DNA of 64,000 bases, taken from contig CAVXUF010000002.1 of assembly GCA_963764975.1 (NCBI GenBank), forward strand, positions 1,114,331 through 1,178,330, in the 5' to 3' direction. The notes under the pieces were generated by a model. The model ran no database searches. It was not told the origin of the DNA and worked only from the letters and a program-made list of their open reading frames with translations. Source of the stretch: an uncultured Chloroflexia bacterium (GTDB taxonomy: Bacteria > Chloroflexota > Limnocylindria > Limnocylindrales > CSP1-4). Position 1 is the stretch's first letter; each line of letters starts with the position of its first letter. Below are positions 31,461-41,153 of the stretch, piece after piece. Both the position numbers and the translations under genes were made by a program.

Positions 31461-34400
31461 GTGCAGAAGATCGATGGTCGGCCTGTCTTCGCGGCCACGG
31501 ATCTCGTCGCGTACCTCGCCTGCGAGCACCTGACCCAGCTCGAGCGCGCTGCCCTCGGCGACCTCGTCAAACGGCCGTTCCGCGACGACCCTGAGCTGGA
31601 CATCATCCGCAAGCGTGGGTTCGCCCACGAGGCTCGCTTCCTCGCCGACCTCAAGGCCACGGGCAGAACGGCGATCGAGATCGATCCGGACGGCTACGAG
31701 GAAGATCAGGGCGCCCGGCTCAGCGCCGCGGCCCAGGCAACGGTCGCGGCCATGACCGACGGCGCGGACGTCATCTACCAGGCGACCTTCTTCGACGGCA
31801 CGTGGCGGGGCCACGCGGACTTCCTCCTGCGGGTCGACGACCCTTCACGCCCGTCGGCGTGGGGCGACTACCACTACGAGGTCGCCGACACCAAGCTCGC
31901 CCGGCACGTCAAGGCGAGCGCCGTGCTCCAGATCTGCTCCTACATCGACCAGCTGGTCCGCCTCCAGGGCGTCCAGCCGGAGTGGATGCACGTGGCGCTC
32001 GGCGGCAGCGCCCGGGCCGTCGAGCGGCTGCGCGTCGACGACTACATGGCCTACTACCGGAGCGCGAAGGCGCGCTTCCTCGCGACGATGGCGGACCCGA
32101 TCCCGGCGTCGTACCCGCCGGCCGACACCTACCCGGATCCGGTGGAGCATTGCGATGTGTGCCGCTGGGCCGAAGGCTGCTCGGACCGACGACGGGCCGA
32201 CGATCACCTCAGTCTCGTCGCGGGGATCAGCGCTCGCCAGCGCCAGGGACTCATCGAGCGTGGCGTCCCGACCCTCGAGGCGCTCGGGAGGCTGCCGCTC
32301 CCCATGGAGCCGCGACTCGAAGGAGCGAGCCCGACGGCCCTGCTGCGTGTTCGCGAACAGGCACGAATCCAGCTCCAGGGCCGTCTCGACCGTGCGCCGC
32401 GCTACGAGCTCCTGCTCCCGGAACCGGGCGCCCCCATCGATCCGGAACGCGGCCTCGCCATCCTGCCGCCGCCGTCGCCGGGCGACCTGTTCCTCGACAT
32501 CGAGGGCGACCCGTTCGCCTTCGACGACGGGATCGACTACCTGTTCGGCGTCCTCGAGGCGGACGAGACGTTCCATGCGTTCTGGTCCCGCGACGCCGGC
32601 GGCGAGTTCACACTCGATGGGGAGCGAGTGGCGTTCGAGCGCCTGATGGACTTCTTCGCGGCGCACCTTGCCCGCCACCCTGAGGCCCACATCTACCACT
32701 ACGCGCCGTACGAACCCACGGCGCTGAAACGACTTATGGGCCGCTACGGGACCCGCGAGGACGAGGTGGACGCGCTCCTGCGCGGCGGCGTGCTCGTGGA
32801 CCTGCTGCGAGCGGTCCGCCAATCGCTCCGGGCGTCGGTCGAGAGCTACTCGATCAAGAAGATGGAGCCGTTCTACGGGTTCGTCCGGGAGGTGTCCCTG
32901 CGCGACGCCGGCTCCAGCATCGTGGCCTTCGAGCAATGGCTGGAGCTGGGCGAGGGAGAGCGGCCGGCCGCAGACCACCTGGACCGCATCGAGCGCTACA
33001 ACCGCGACGACGTGGTGAGCAACCTGCGACTGCGCGACTGGCTGGAGGACCGACGCGGGGAACTGGCGGATCGGACGGGGCTGGCCATCCCGAGGCCCGG
33101 GCCCGCGGGGCGAATTGCCGGAGCGGCTGACCGACGAGATGCGCACCACGCAGGCACTCGTCGACCGGCTCGCGGACCCCAGTGTCGTGCCTGTCGATGC
33201 GGCCGAGCGGACAGCGGACCAGCACGGGCAGTGGCTCCTGGCCCAGCTCCTTGGCTGGCATCGGCGTGAGGACAAGGCCACGTGGTGGGAATTCCATCGC
33301 CTGATGGACCTCAGCGCGGCCGAGCTCTTGGACGAGTCGGACCCGATCGCCGGACTGGAACCGATCGGGCCGGTCGACGAGGTGGCCAAGGGCAAGCAGA
33401 CCTGGCGCTACCGGTTCCCGGAGCAGGACTTCGACCTCGGTCGGGGCACCGTCTACGAGCCCCGTCGCAAAGCCGAGCGACCCGACGAGAAGCCATCGGC
33501 GTGGGTCTGCGGCGACGTGGTCGGGATCGATGTGGCCGCATCCACGATCGACATCCGGCGAGTCCCGGGCGACCCACATCCCGAGGCCATCGTCCCGCTG
33601 ACCATCTATCAGACGCCACAGCACCGTGCCCGCCTCCTCGAGCTCGGGACGTGGGTGGCCGAGCACGGGATCGACGCCGACGGCCCGCACCGTGCGGCAC
33701 GGGACCTGCTGATGAGCCGGCCGGCCCGCGCCGGACAGGGCATCGGCGATCCACTCCGGGCGCCGGGTGAACTCGACCTCCACGCCGCCAGACGACTCGC
33801 GCTGACGCTCGACCGAACGATCCTACCGATCCAGGGCCCACCGGGGACCGGCAAGACCTACGGCGGCGCCCGGATGATCCTGACGCTCCTCCAGGCCGGT
33901 CGCCGCGTCGGGATCACCGGGATGAGCCACAAGGTCATCGGCAACCTCCTCGGGGCGGTGTTGCAGGCCGCCGAGGAGGAGGGCGTGGACGTGCTACCGG
34001 TCCAGCACGGGGATGTCCACCAGGTGCTCGCCGATGAGCGGGTCGTCCGGGGGAACGGTGCGGCCGACGTCGCGGCACGACTCGCGGACGGTCGCTCGAA
34101 TCTCGCCGCGGGGACATCCTGGCTGTGGGTCTCGCCGACGATGCTGGAGACGGTCGATGTCCTGTTCGTGGATGAAGCGGGACAGAACTCGCTCGCGAAC
34201 GTCGTCGCGATGGCGGCCGCGGCCGAGAGCGTCGTCCTTCTCGGCGACCCGCAGCAACTCGACCAGCCGCTCCAGGGATCGCACCCGCCGGGCGCCGAGC
34301 GATCCGCCCTTGCCCACGTCCTCGGGAGCGCGTCCACCGTCCCGCCGGACCGCGGCCTCTTCTTCGAGACGACCTGGCGGCTGCACCCGACCCTGACGGC

Positions 34401-35074
34401 CTTTACGTCGGAGGTCTTCTACGACGACCGGCTCGAGTCGGAGGCGCGTCTCGTCGTCCAGCGGATCCTGGACGCGCCGGCCGGGCTGGACGGGACGGGT
34501 CTTCGGCTCGTCGAGGTCGCCTCGGCGGGCGCTGACAACGAGTCGCCGACCGAGGCCGCGGCGGTCGCGGCCCTGGTCACGGGCCTCATCGAGGCTGGCG
34601 CGTCGTGGATCGACCAGGATGGCGTCCAGCGGCCGCTCGACCTGGAAGGAGATCCTCGTCGTGGCGCCGTACAACGCGCAGGTCGGCGCGATCGCGAGGC
34701 TTCTCCCGCCGGAGGCCCGGGTCGGTACCGTCGACAAGTTCCAGGGCCAGGAGGCGCCTGTCAGCGTCTACTCCCTCACGACGTCCAGCCCGGAGCTCGC
34801 CCCGCGCGGGATGGACTTCCTGTACAGCCGAAATCGACTCAACGTCGCGACGTCCAGGGCCCGCTGCATCGCGATCGTCGTGGGGTCCCCGGACCTGTGG
34901 CGCGTCCGGGCGCGAACGCCCGCCCAGATGCGCCTGGCGAACGCGTTCTGTCGGTTCGTCGAACTGGCGACGGTCGTGCCGAAGACGGTCGGGCGGACGG
35001 CCGCGTCCACGGATCAGTTGATCGAAGGCCCAGGCCTCGACGACGTCGGGGACCTGACGCTCGGCCTGGACTGA
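31461..35074 (+). pseudogene. Fusion of Cas4/RecB-like nuclease, DEDD-like exonuclease and SF1 (Dna2/Upf1-like) helicase, TM0106-type (2 frameshifts as sequenced)
   Basis: YLACEH...EVADTK..QICSY..CDVCRWAEGC gives PD-(D/E)xK plus four Cys. Then DIEGDP...HYAPYE...YNRDDV. Helicase motifs GPPGTGKT, FVDEAGQ, LGDPQQL, VDKFQGQE and NVATSRAR. Confidence 0.8.
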
Positions 35075-35093
35075 CCGCCACCCGTATCATCGC

Positions 35094-36356
35094 GTGATGC
35101 CCGAACCGATCGCCTATAGCCCGGCGCGCCTCGAGAGCCTGCGGCGGCGCAGCACGTGGTCGCTCGTCGCGGGCGTGGCGCTCGGCAGCACAGGACACAT
35201 CGCCGCGGTGACGGTGGCCGCGATCGTGGCCGCGCACGTCGGCGGATCTGCCTTGTGGAGCGGTGTCAACGGCGCCGCCGTGGTCCTCGGGGCGGCCGTT
35301 GGCGCGGTGGCGCTGTCGCGCATGATGGTCGCTCGGAATCGCCGGACCGGGCTTGCGGCCGGCTATGCGATCGGCGTGATCGGCGCGCTGATCGCGGCCG
35401 TGGCGGTCATCACGGTGTCGCTCCCGGTGCTCCTGATCGGGACGTTCCTCGTCGGGTTCGGGAACGCGTCCAACCAGCTGTCGCGGTACGCCGCCGCCGA
35501 CCTGTATCCCGACGAACGTCGGGCATCCGCGATCGGCGTCGTCGTGTGGGGCGCCACCGCGGGCGCGATCATCGGACCGAACCTGGTCGCACCGGCGGGC
35601 GCCGCGGCTCGAGCCCTCGGTCTGCCGGAGCTCGCCGGGCCATACCTCGTCCCCATGCTCTTCGTCGGGGCGGCGGCACTGCTCACCTGGTTCCTCCTTC
35701 GACCCGATCCCTACGAGCTCGCCCACGAGACCGAGTCGGCCGTCGCCGAGGACGGGGCGTCGGTCGTCGTCTCGCTCGCGTCGGTCCTGCGCCGACCGCA
35801 CGTCCCGGTGGCTGTCGTGGCGCTCATCACGGGTCAGGTGGTCATGGTCCTGATCATGACGATGACCCCGCTCCATATGGGCGAGCACGGGCATTCGCTG
35901 AGTGCCGTCGGCCTGGTGATCAGCGGCCACACCTTCGGGATGTTCGGGTTGTCGCCGCTGTCGGGGCGCCTCACGGACCGCTTCGGGAGCGTACCGGTCA
36001 TCCTTGCCGGACTCGCCACGACGGCCACCGCGAGTGTCCTGGCCGCGGCGGCGCCGCCGGACGGTGGCACGATCCTGTTCATCGCCCTGTTCCTGCTCGG
36101 GTACGGCTGGAACCTCGGGTACGTGGCCGGCTCGGCGCTGCTCACGACCGGCCTCGGCGTCGCCGAGCGGACGAAGCTCCAGGGCACCACGGACGCGCTC
36201 ATCTGGAGTTCTGCGGCGGCCGCCAGCCTCAGCAGCGGGTTGATCATGGCCGCGGCCAACTTCGCCGTCCTGGGCCTGATCGGAGCGGCGCTCGTCGTCG
36301 TGCCCGTCGTCCTGACCGTCGCTCGCCGGCGCGAGCTGGCCACGACCGCCTCGTAG
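35094..36356 (+). CDS. MFS transporter
   Basis: 420 aa with 12 predicted TM helices and loop motif RLTDRFG. Confidence 0.85.
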   Translation: MMPEPIAYSPARLESLRRRSTWSLVAGVALGSTGHIAAVTVAAIVAAHVGGSALWSGVNGAAVVLGAAVGAVALSRMMVARNRRTGLAAGYAIGVIGALIAAVAVITVSLPVLLIGTFLVGFGNASNQLSRYAAADLYPDERRASAIGVVVWGATAGAIIGPNLVAPAGAAARALGLPELAGPYLVPMLFVGAAALLTWFLLRPDPYELAHETESAVAEDGASVVVSLASVLRRPHVPVAVVALITGQVVMVLIMTMTPLHMGEHGHSLSAVGLVISGHTFGMFGLSPLSGRLTDRFGSVPVILAGLATTATASVLAAAAPPDGGTILFIALFLLGYGWNLGYVAGSALLTTGLGVAERTKLQGTTDALIWSSAAAASLSSGLIMAAANFAVLGLIGAALVVVPVVLTVARRRELATTAS

Positions 36357-36406
36357 CTCGAGCCGCGGCCCTTGGCGCGCGCCGCGTGGCGTCGTACCCT
36401 GCCGTC

Positions 36407-36637
36407 ATGGACGCCTACTCGGCCATGGCCCACATCGTCAGCGTGCGACCGCAACGACGCGGCGGGATGCCCGGCTCGGTGGTTCGTGAGGCGCTCTCCA
36501 CGGGCGACCTGGACCGGCTCGCCCAGGTCCTCGGGAGCGCGGCGCCCGACGAAGACTGGACCGAGCGCTGGCATCACATCCGGGCCGGATGGGCACAGAC
36601 GACGTTCTTCCTGTTCGATCCCGAGAGCTGGCGATAA
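36407..36637 (+). CDS. Hypothetical small protein (76 aa)
   Basis: ATG-initiated tail of a longer spurious ORF. No family recognised. Confidence 0.3.
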   Translation: MDAYSAMAHIVSVRPQRRGGMPGSVVREALSTGDLDRLAQVLGSAAPDEDWTERWHHIRAGWAQTTFFLFDPESWR

Positions 36638-36702
36638 AGCCCGGGTCCTTGCGCCGTCAACGACCGTGACGATCGGATCGCAAGGTGTAGCATCAGCCCG
36701 CC

Positions 36703-37239
36703 ATGGCCACCAGCGACACCGTCGACCGACCCGTCACCGCCCAGGATCCCCGGCTGGGATCGTGGCGTGCCTTCCTCCAGGCCCACGCCCGGGTGGCACG
36801 CCGCCTCGATGAGGAACTCCGCGCCGAGCATGACCTGTCGGTCGCCGAGTACGACGCCATGCTGAACATCGCCGAGTCACCCGGTCGCCGGATCCGGATG
36901 CGCCAGCTCGCGGATCGCGTCGTGCTCTCCAAGAGCGGGGTCACGCGGCTGGTCGACCGGCTCGTCGCCGATGGGCTCGTGGAACGCAGCGCGTGCGAGA
37001 CCGATGCCAGGGGCGCCGAAGCGGTCCTCACCGACGCCGGGCTCCGGCGGCTGCGATCGGCCTCGCGGACGCACCTCCGCGGCATCTCGGACCATTTCAT
37101 CGACGTTCTCGACCCGCGTCAACTCGAGGCCGTGGGCCAGGCGATGCAGACCGTCGCAGAGCGAGCCGGTCCGGGCTCATCGATCGGGGACGGCGGACGC
37201 TGCCTGTCCGACGCCCGCGACACCGCCGGCCACGACTGA
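36703..37239 (+). CDS. MarR-family transcriptional regulator
   Basis: LSVAEYDAMLNIAE..IRMRQLADRVVLSKSGVTRLVDRLVADGLVER is a winged helix-turn-helix. Confidence 0.85.
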   Translation: MATSDTVDRPVTAQDPRLGSWRAFLQAHARVARRLDEELRAEHDLSVAEYDAMLNIAESPGRRIRMRQLADRVVLSKSGVTRLVDRLVADGLVERSACETDARGAEAVLTDAGLRRLRSASRTHLRGISDHFIDVLDPRQLEAVGQAMQTVAERAGPGSSIGDGGRCLSDARDTAGHD

Positions 37240-37246
37240 CCGCGTC

Positions 37247-37966
37247 ATGACCGGGCGCCTGCTCGTGGGGACGAGCGGGTTCGCCTACCCGGACTGGGTG
37301 CCGCGGTTCTATCCGGTCGGATCGCGCGCGACGGACTTCCTGCCGTCGTACGCCTCGCGGCTCCCCGCCGTCGAGCTCAACAACACCTTCTACCAGCAGC
37401 CGGCGCCGGCCAAGGTCGCGGCCTGGCTCGCGGCCACCCCGTCCGACTTCCGCTTCACGGTCAAGGCGCAACGGGGCGGCGCGATCCGGTCCTTCGCGGC
37501 ACCGACGCCGGGCCTCCCCTGGCTGACCGACCCGTACCGGGCGTTCGGGGAGCGGCTGGGTACCGTGTTCGTCCGGGTCCCGGCGGGCAAGCGCGACGAC
37601 GCGCGCCTGGGCGCCTTCCTCGCCGCCTGGCCCACGGACCTGCCGCTGACCATGGAGTTCCAGGACCCGAGCTGGATCGCGGACGAGACGTTCGACGCCC
37701 TGCGCGCCGCGGGTGCGGTCCTGTGCGCGACCGACGCGCCGGAAGACCCGGACGCACCGGACCTGCGACGCACCGGCTCATTCCTGTACCTGCGGCTGCG
37801 CCGCCACGACTACGACGAGTCGGCGATCGAGATGTGGGCGGCCCGGCTCGAGCCGTTCCTCGCGTCGGGGATGGACGCGTTCGTCTTCTTTCGCCACGAC
37901 GATGTCGGCCGCGGTGGGGAACTCGCACTCGGGCTCAAGGCGGCCGTCGCGCGCCGGACAGGCTAG
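37247..37966 (+). CDS. DUF72-family protein
   Basis: VGTSGFAYPDW...FYP, VELNNTFY and FRFTVKA. Confidence 0.85.
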   Translation: MTGRLLVGTSGFAYPDWVPRFYPVGSRATDFLPSYASRLPAVELNNTFYQQPAPAKVAAWLAATPSDFRFTVKAQRGGAIRSFAAPTPGLPWLTDPYRAFGERLGTVFVRVPAGKRDDARLGAFLAAWPTDLPLTMEFQDPSWIADETFDALRAAGAVLCATDAPEDPDAPDLRRTGSFLYLRLRRHDYDESAIEMWAARLEPFLASGMDAFVFFRHDDVGRGGELALGLKAAVARRTG

Positions 37967-38295
37967 GCTCGGTCGCCCTCGGCCGGCCCGAACACCACAA
38001 GCAGGACGAGCCGCTCCGCGATGTCGTGGAACCGATGCGGCACGGTCGCCCCGACGAAGACCAGGGATCCGGGCCCGATGTCGCGGACGGCCTCGCCGAC
38101 GGTGACTCGCGCGATGCCGCTGACGACGTAGTAGAGCTCATCTTCTGTGTGCGGCGATTGCGGATCGCGCTCGCCCGCCTCAAGCACGTACAGACCCGCC
38201 GACAGGTCCGCTTCGCGCAGGAATTCGTGGTAGCGGATGCCCGTCGCGGCACGCTCGGCCTCGACCTCGTCGATCTCCCAGGACTGCATCGTCAC
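37963..38295 (-). CDS. Small cupin-domain protein (110 aa)
   Basis: PHTEDELYYVVSG...GSLVFVGATVPHRF. Confidence 0.8.
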   Translation of the reverse strand: MTMQSWEIDEVEAERAATGIRYHEFLREADLSAGLYVLEAGERDPQSPHTEDELYYVVSGIARVTVGEAVRDIGPGSLVFVGATVPHRFHDIAERLVLLVVFGPAEGDRA

Positions 38296-39863
38296 GCCTC
38301 CGTCGGCCCGATCGGGTCGGGTTCGATCACCGCATCAGGATGTGGCATCGGCGCCTCGATCGCGACCCCGCCGGTCGCCACCAGGCCGCTCTCGTCCAGG
38401 AGCGCGGCGGCGGCGCGATCGCGAGCCATGGCGTCGTCGAACGACAGCATGATCGGCCCCGTACCGGCCACGATCCGGAGCGCCGGCCGAGGTCCGTGCA
38501 GCGGCATGACGGATCCTGCGGTGAGCCGTCGCGTCTCGCCAAGACCAAGCGCCACGCCTTCGGGCCGACCGCGGCGCTCCACGATGAGCGTCGAGACCGG
38601 CTCGCTCACGTCGGCGGAGACCGTGGGCGGCGGCGGCGAGGTGACGTAGCGCACGAGGTCGCCCGGTGCCTCGCGGACGTGAATCAGCCCAGCCGACGAT
38701 CGCAGCAGGCCGGTGACGCGGAGCGGGATCCGCTCACCCGGCGCGAGGCCCGCAGCCGGCATCGGCAGGCCCTCGGGATCACGGCGATAGACCAGGTAGC
38801 CGCCGGCCCACCCGATGATGATCAGTCCCGCGATCAGCAGGCAGAGACCGGCGACCCCGTACGCGATCATCGGGTTCGCCGGGCTGGCACCGTCATCGAG
38901 GACATAGCGGTCGCTCACGGACAGGGCCAGCGTCGCGAACTCGAGGCCGGGCGTCGTCCGTGCGTCATCGACCGCGCGCTCGTCGCGACGCAGCAGGCCC
39001 GTGAACGTCGCCGGGACGAACTCGATGGTCGTGGTCGTGTACACGATGATCCCAAGGTCGGTCGCGGGGTCGAACAGGATCACGTCGTAGAAACGCTCGT
39101 CCGCATCGAGGCAGTCGAGGTCGGTCTCCATCCCCTCGCATGACGGACCCGCGTAGCTCAGGGTGGAGGCCGACAGCGATACGACGGTCCCCTCGCTCGG
39201 CGGGTTCGCCAGATCGAGCGGGATCGCATCGCCGACCGTCGGGTCGGTCGTGTCGATCATGTAGGTCGGGTCGATCATGAGATCCCGTCCCGCGATCTCC
39301 GCCTTCATGATCTCGAGATCGTCTGCGACGTACGTCGGGTCAGCCACGAGCCGGCCGACGACATCGAGCACGAACACGTCCTCCGGCGTCCGGCTGGAAC
39401 GAACCGTCAGGCCGGCGTGCGTCGTCGGATCCACCAGGAAGTAGTACCAGGCCTGGCCGGATTCCTCCGGATCCTGCTCTGCATCGCCGTCGACGTCGAT
39501 ATACGTCTCGACGTAGGCGCCATGGACCACGCCCTCGACCGTCGCATACGTCCTCGTCGCGAGATCCGGGTCGTCGGCGATGTCCACCGCCTGGAGGGGG
39601 CGCGGGTTCGGGTCTCCGGACGATTCGGCACCCACGAGGCCGAGCACGATGGCGGCGACCACGAGCAGCCCGGCGACGATCGGCGAGCCCGGTCGCGACC
39701 CCAGGACCTCGCGTCCCACGCGCCCCGTGACGAGCCGTGCCGCCCGGTCCGCCAGGTCGGTGACCGCCCCGGCGCCAGAGATCAGTCGATCGAGCAAGTG
39801 GTGCCTCCCGGGCGGAGGGTAGCAGGCGGAGAAACCGCGTCTCGCGCCGATGCGGGGTAGCAT
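38292..39863 (-). CDS. Uncharacterised two-TM protein with an acidic extracytoplasmic domain and a cytoplasmic C-terminal domain
   Basis: 523-aa intact ORF. TM1 IVAGLLVVAAIVLGLVG and TM2 IAYGVAGLCLLIAGLIIIGW. The start may instead be the GTG at 39764. Its stop overlaps the cupin ATG. Confidence 0.55.
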   Translation of the reverse strand: MLPRIGARRGFSACYPPPGRHHLLDRLISGAGAVTDLADRAARLVTGRVGREVLGSRPGSPIVAGLLVVAAIVLGLVGAESSGDPNPRPLQAVDIADDPDLATRTYATVEGVVHGAYVETYIDVDGDAEQDPEESGQAWYYFLVDPTTHAGLTVRSSRTPEDVFVLDVVGRLVADPTYVADDLEIMKAEIAGRDLMIDPTYMIDTTDPTVGDAIPLDLANPPSEGTVVSLSASTLSYAGPSCEGMETDLDCLDADERFYDVILFDPATDLGIIVYTTTTIEFVPATFTGLLRRDERAVDDARTTPGLEFATLALSVSDRYVLDDGASPANPMIAYGVAGLCLLIAGLIIIGWAGGYLVYRRDPEGLPMPAAGLAPGERIPLRVTGLLRSSAGLIHVREAPGDLVRYVTSPPPPTVSADVSEPVSTLIVERRGRPEGVALGLGETRRLTAGSVMPLHGPRPALRIVAGTGPIMLSFDDAMARDRAAAALLDESGLVATGGVAIEAPMPHPDAVIEPDPIGPTEA

Positions 39864-39869
39864 CGAGCG

Positions 39870-41139
39870 ATGGTCGCCCGTTGGACGCTTCTGACCCGAG
39901 CCGTCGCCGGGCTGGTCGGGCTGGTCATCGCGGTCGTCGCATGCGCCAACGGCGGGGCGAGCCCATCACCGATCACCGCGCGACCGACGTCGAGCGCGGC
40001 GACGCCCACCGTCGTCCCATCCGGGTCGACCGACACGAGTCCCACGATCTCGCCCGTCCCGCACCCGGTCGGCGAGATCCAGCTCCAGGTGGTCGTTGAC
40101 GGCCTTGACCAGCCGCTCGACCTCGATCCTGCGCGAGACGGGAGCGGGCGGCTGTTCGTCGCCGAGCAGGGCGGGCGGATCCGGATCGTGGTGGATGGGG
40201 ATCTCGTCGAACGACCGTTCCTCGACATCTCGGACCGGATCACCACCGGCGGGGAGCGCGGGTTGCTCGGCATCGCCCTGCACCCGGCGTTCCCCGACGA
40301 CCCGCGCATCTTCGTCGACTACACGGACCGCCAGGGCGACACGGTCGTCTCGTCCTTCGATGTGTCGGCCGACCCGGATGTCGCGGACCCGGACAGCGAG
40401 CGGATCATCCTCGGGGTGGCCCAGCCGTACGGGAACCACAATGGCGGCGCGGTGGCCTTCGGACCGGACGGGTTCCTGTACATCGCGCTCGGCGATGGTG
40501 GTGGGGGCGGCGACCCAGAGGGCAACGGACGTCGTCTGGACACGCTCCTCGCCAAGATCCTGCGCATCGACGTCGACGTTCCGACGAGTGGCGCCTCCCC
40601 GTATGACATCCCCGAGGACAACCCGTGGGTCGGCGGGGCGAACGGGGCCCGGCCGGAGATCTGGCTGACCGGGCTCCGCAACCCGTGGCGCATGCGGTTC
40701 GATCGTGCCACGGGTGACCTGTGGATCGGGGACGTCGGCCAGGGCGAGTGGGAGGAGATCGACGTCGCGCCGCAACGGTGTGGGCGGACTCGACTTCGGC
40801 TGGAACACGATGGAGGGGTCGCACTGCTACAACGCCGATGACTGCGACCAGACCGGGCTGACGCTCCCGCTGGCCGAGTACGACCACGCGTTCGGCTGTG
40901 CGGTGGTCGGCGGCGTCGTCATGCGCGACCCAACCCAGCCCGGTCTCCTCGAACGCTACCTCTTCGCCGATGCGTGCACCGGGCGGTTCTGGACGATCCC
41001 CCTGAGCGGTGACGGGCTGCGGCCCGCGACCATCGTGGCCGAGACCAGCCGACAGGTCAGCGCGATCGGCGAGGACGCGGACGGGCGGATCCTCGTGACC
41101 GATCTGCGCTCGGGCGAGCTGCTCCGGGTCACGCAGTAG
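39870..41139 (+). pseudogene. PQQ-dependent (soluble aldose) sugar dehydrogenase-like lipoprotein (one frameshift near 40780)
   Basis: Lipobox VVAC, GSGRLFVAEQGGRI, ERGLLGIALHP, NHNGGAVAFGPDGFLYIALGDGG and GLRNPWR. Confidence 0.8.
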
Positions 41140-41153
41140 CGGCGGGCGCCCGC

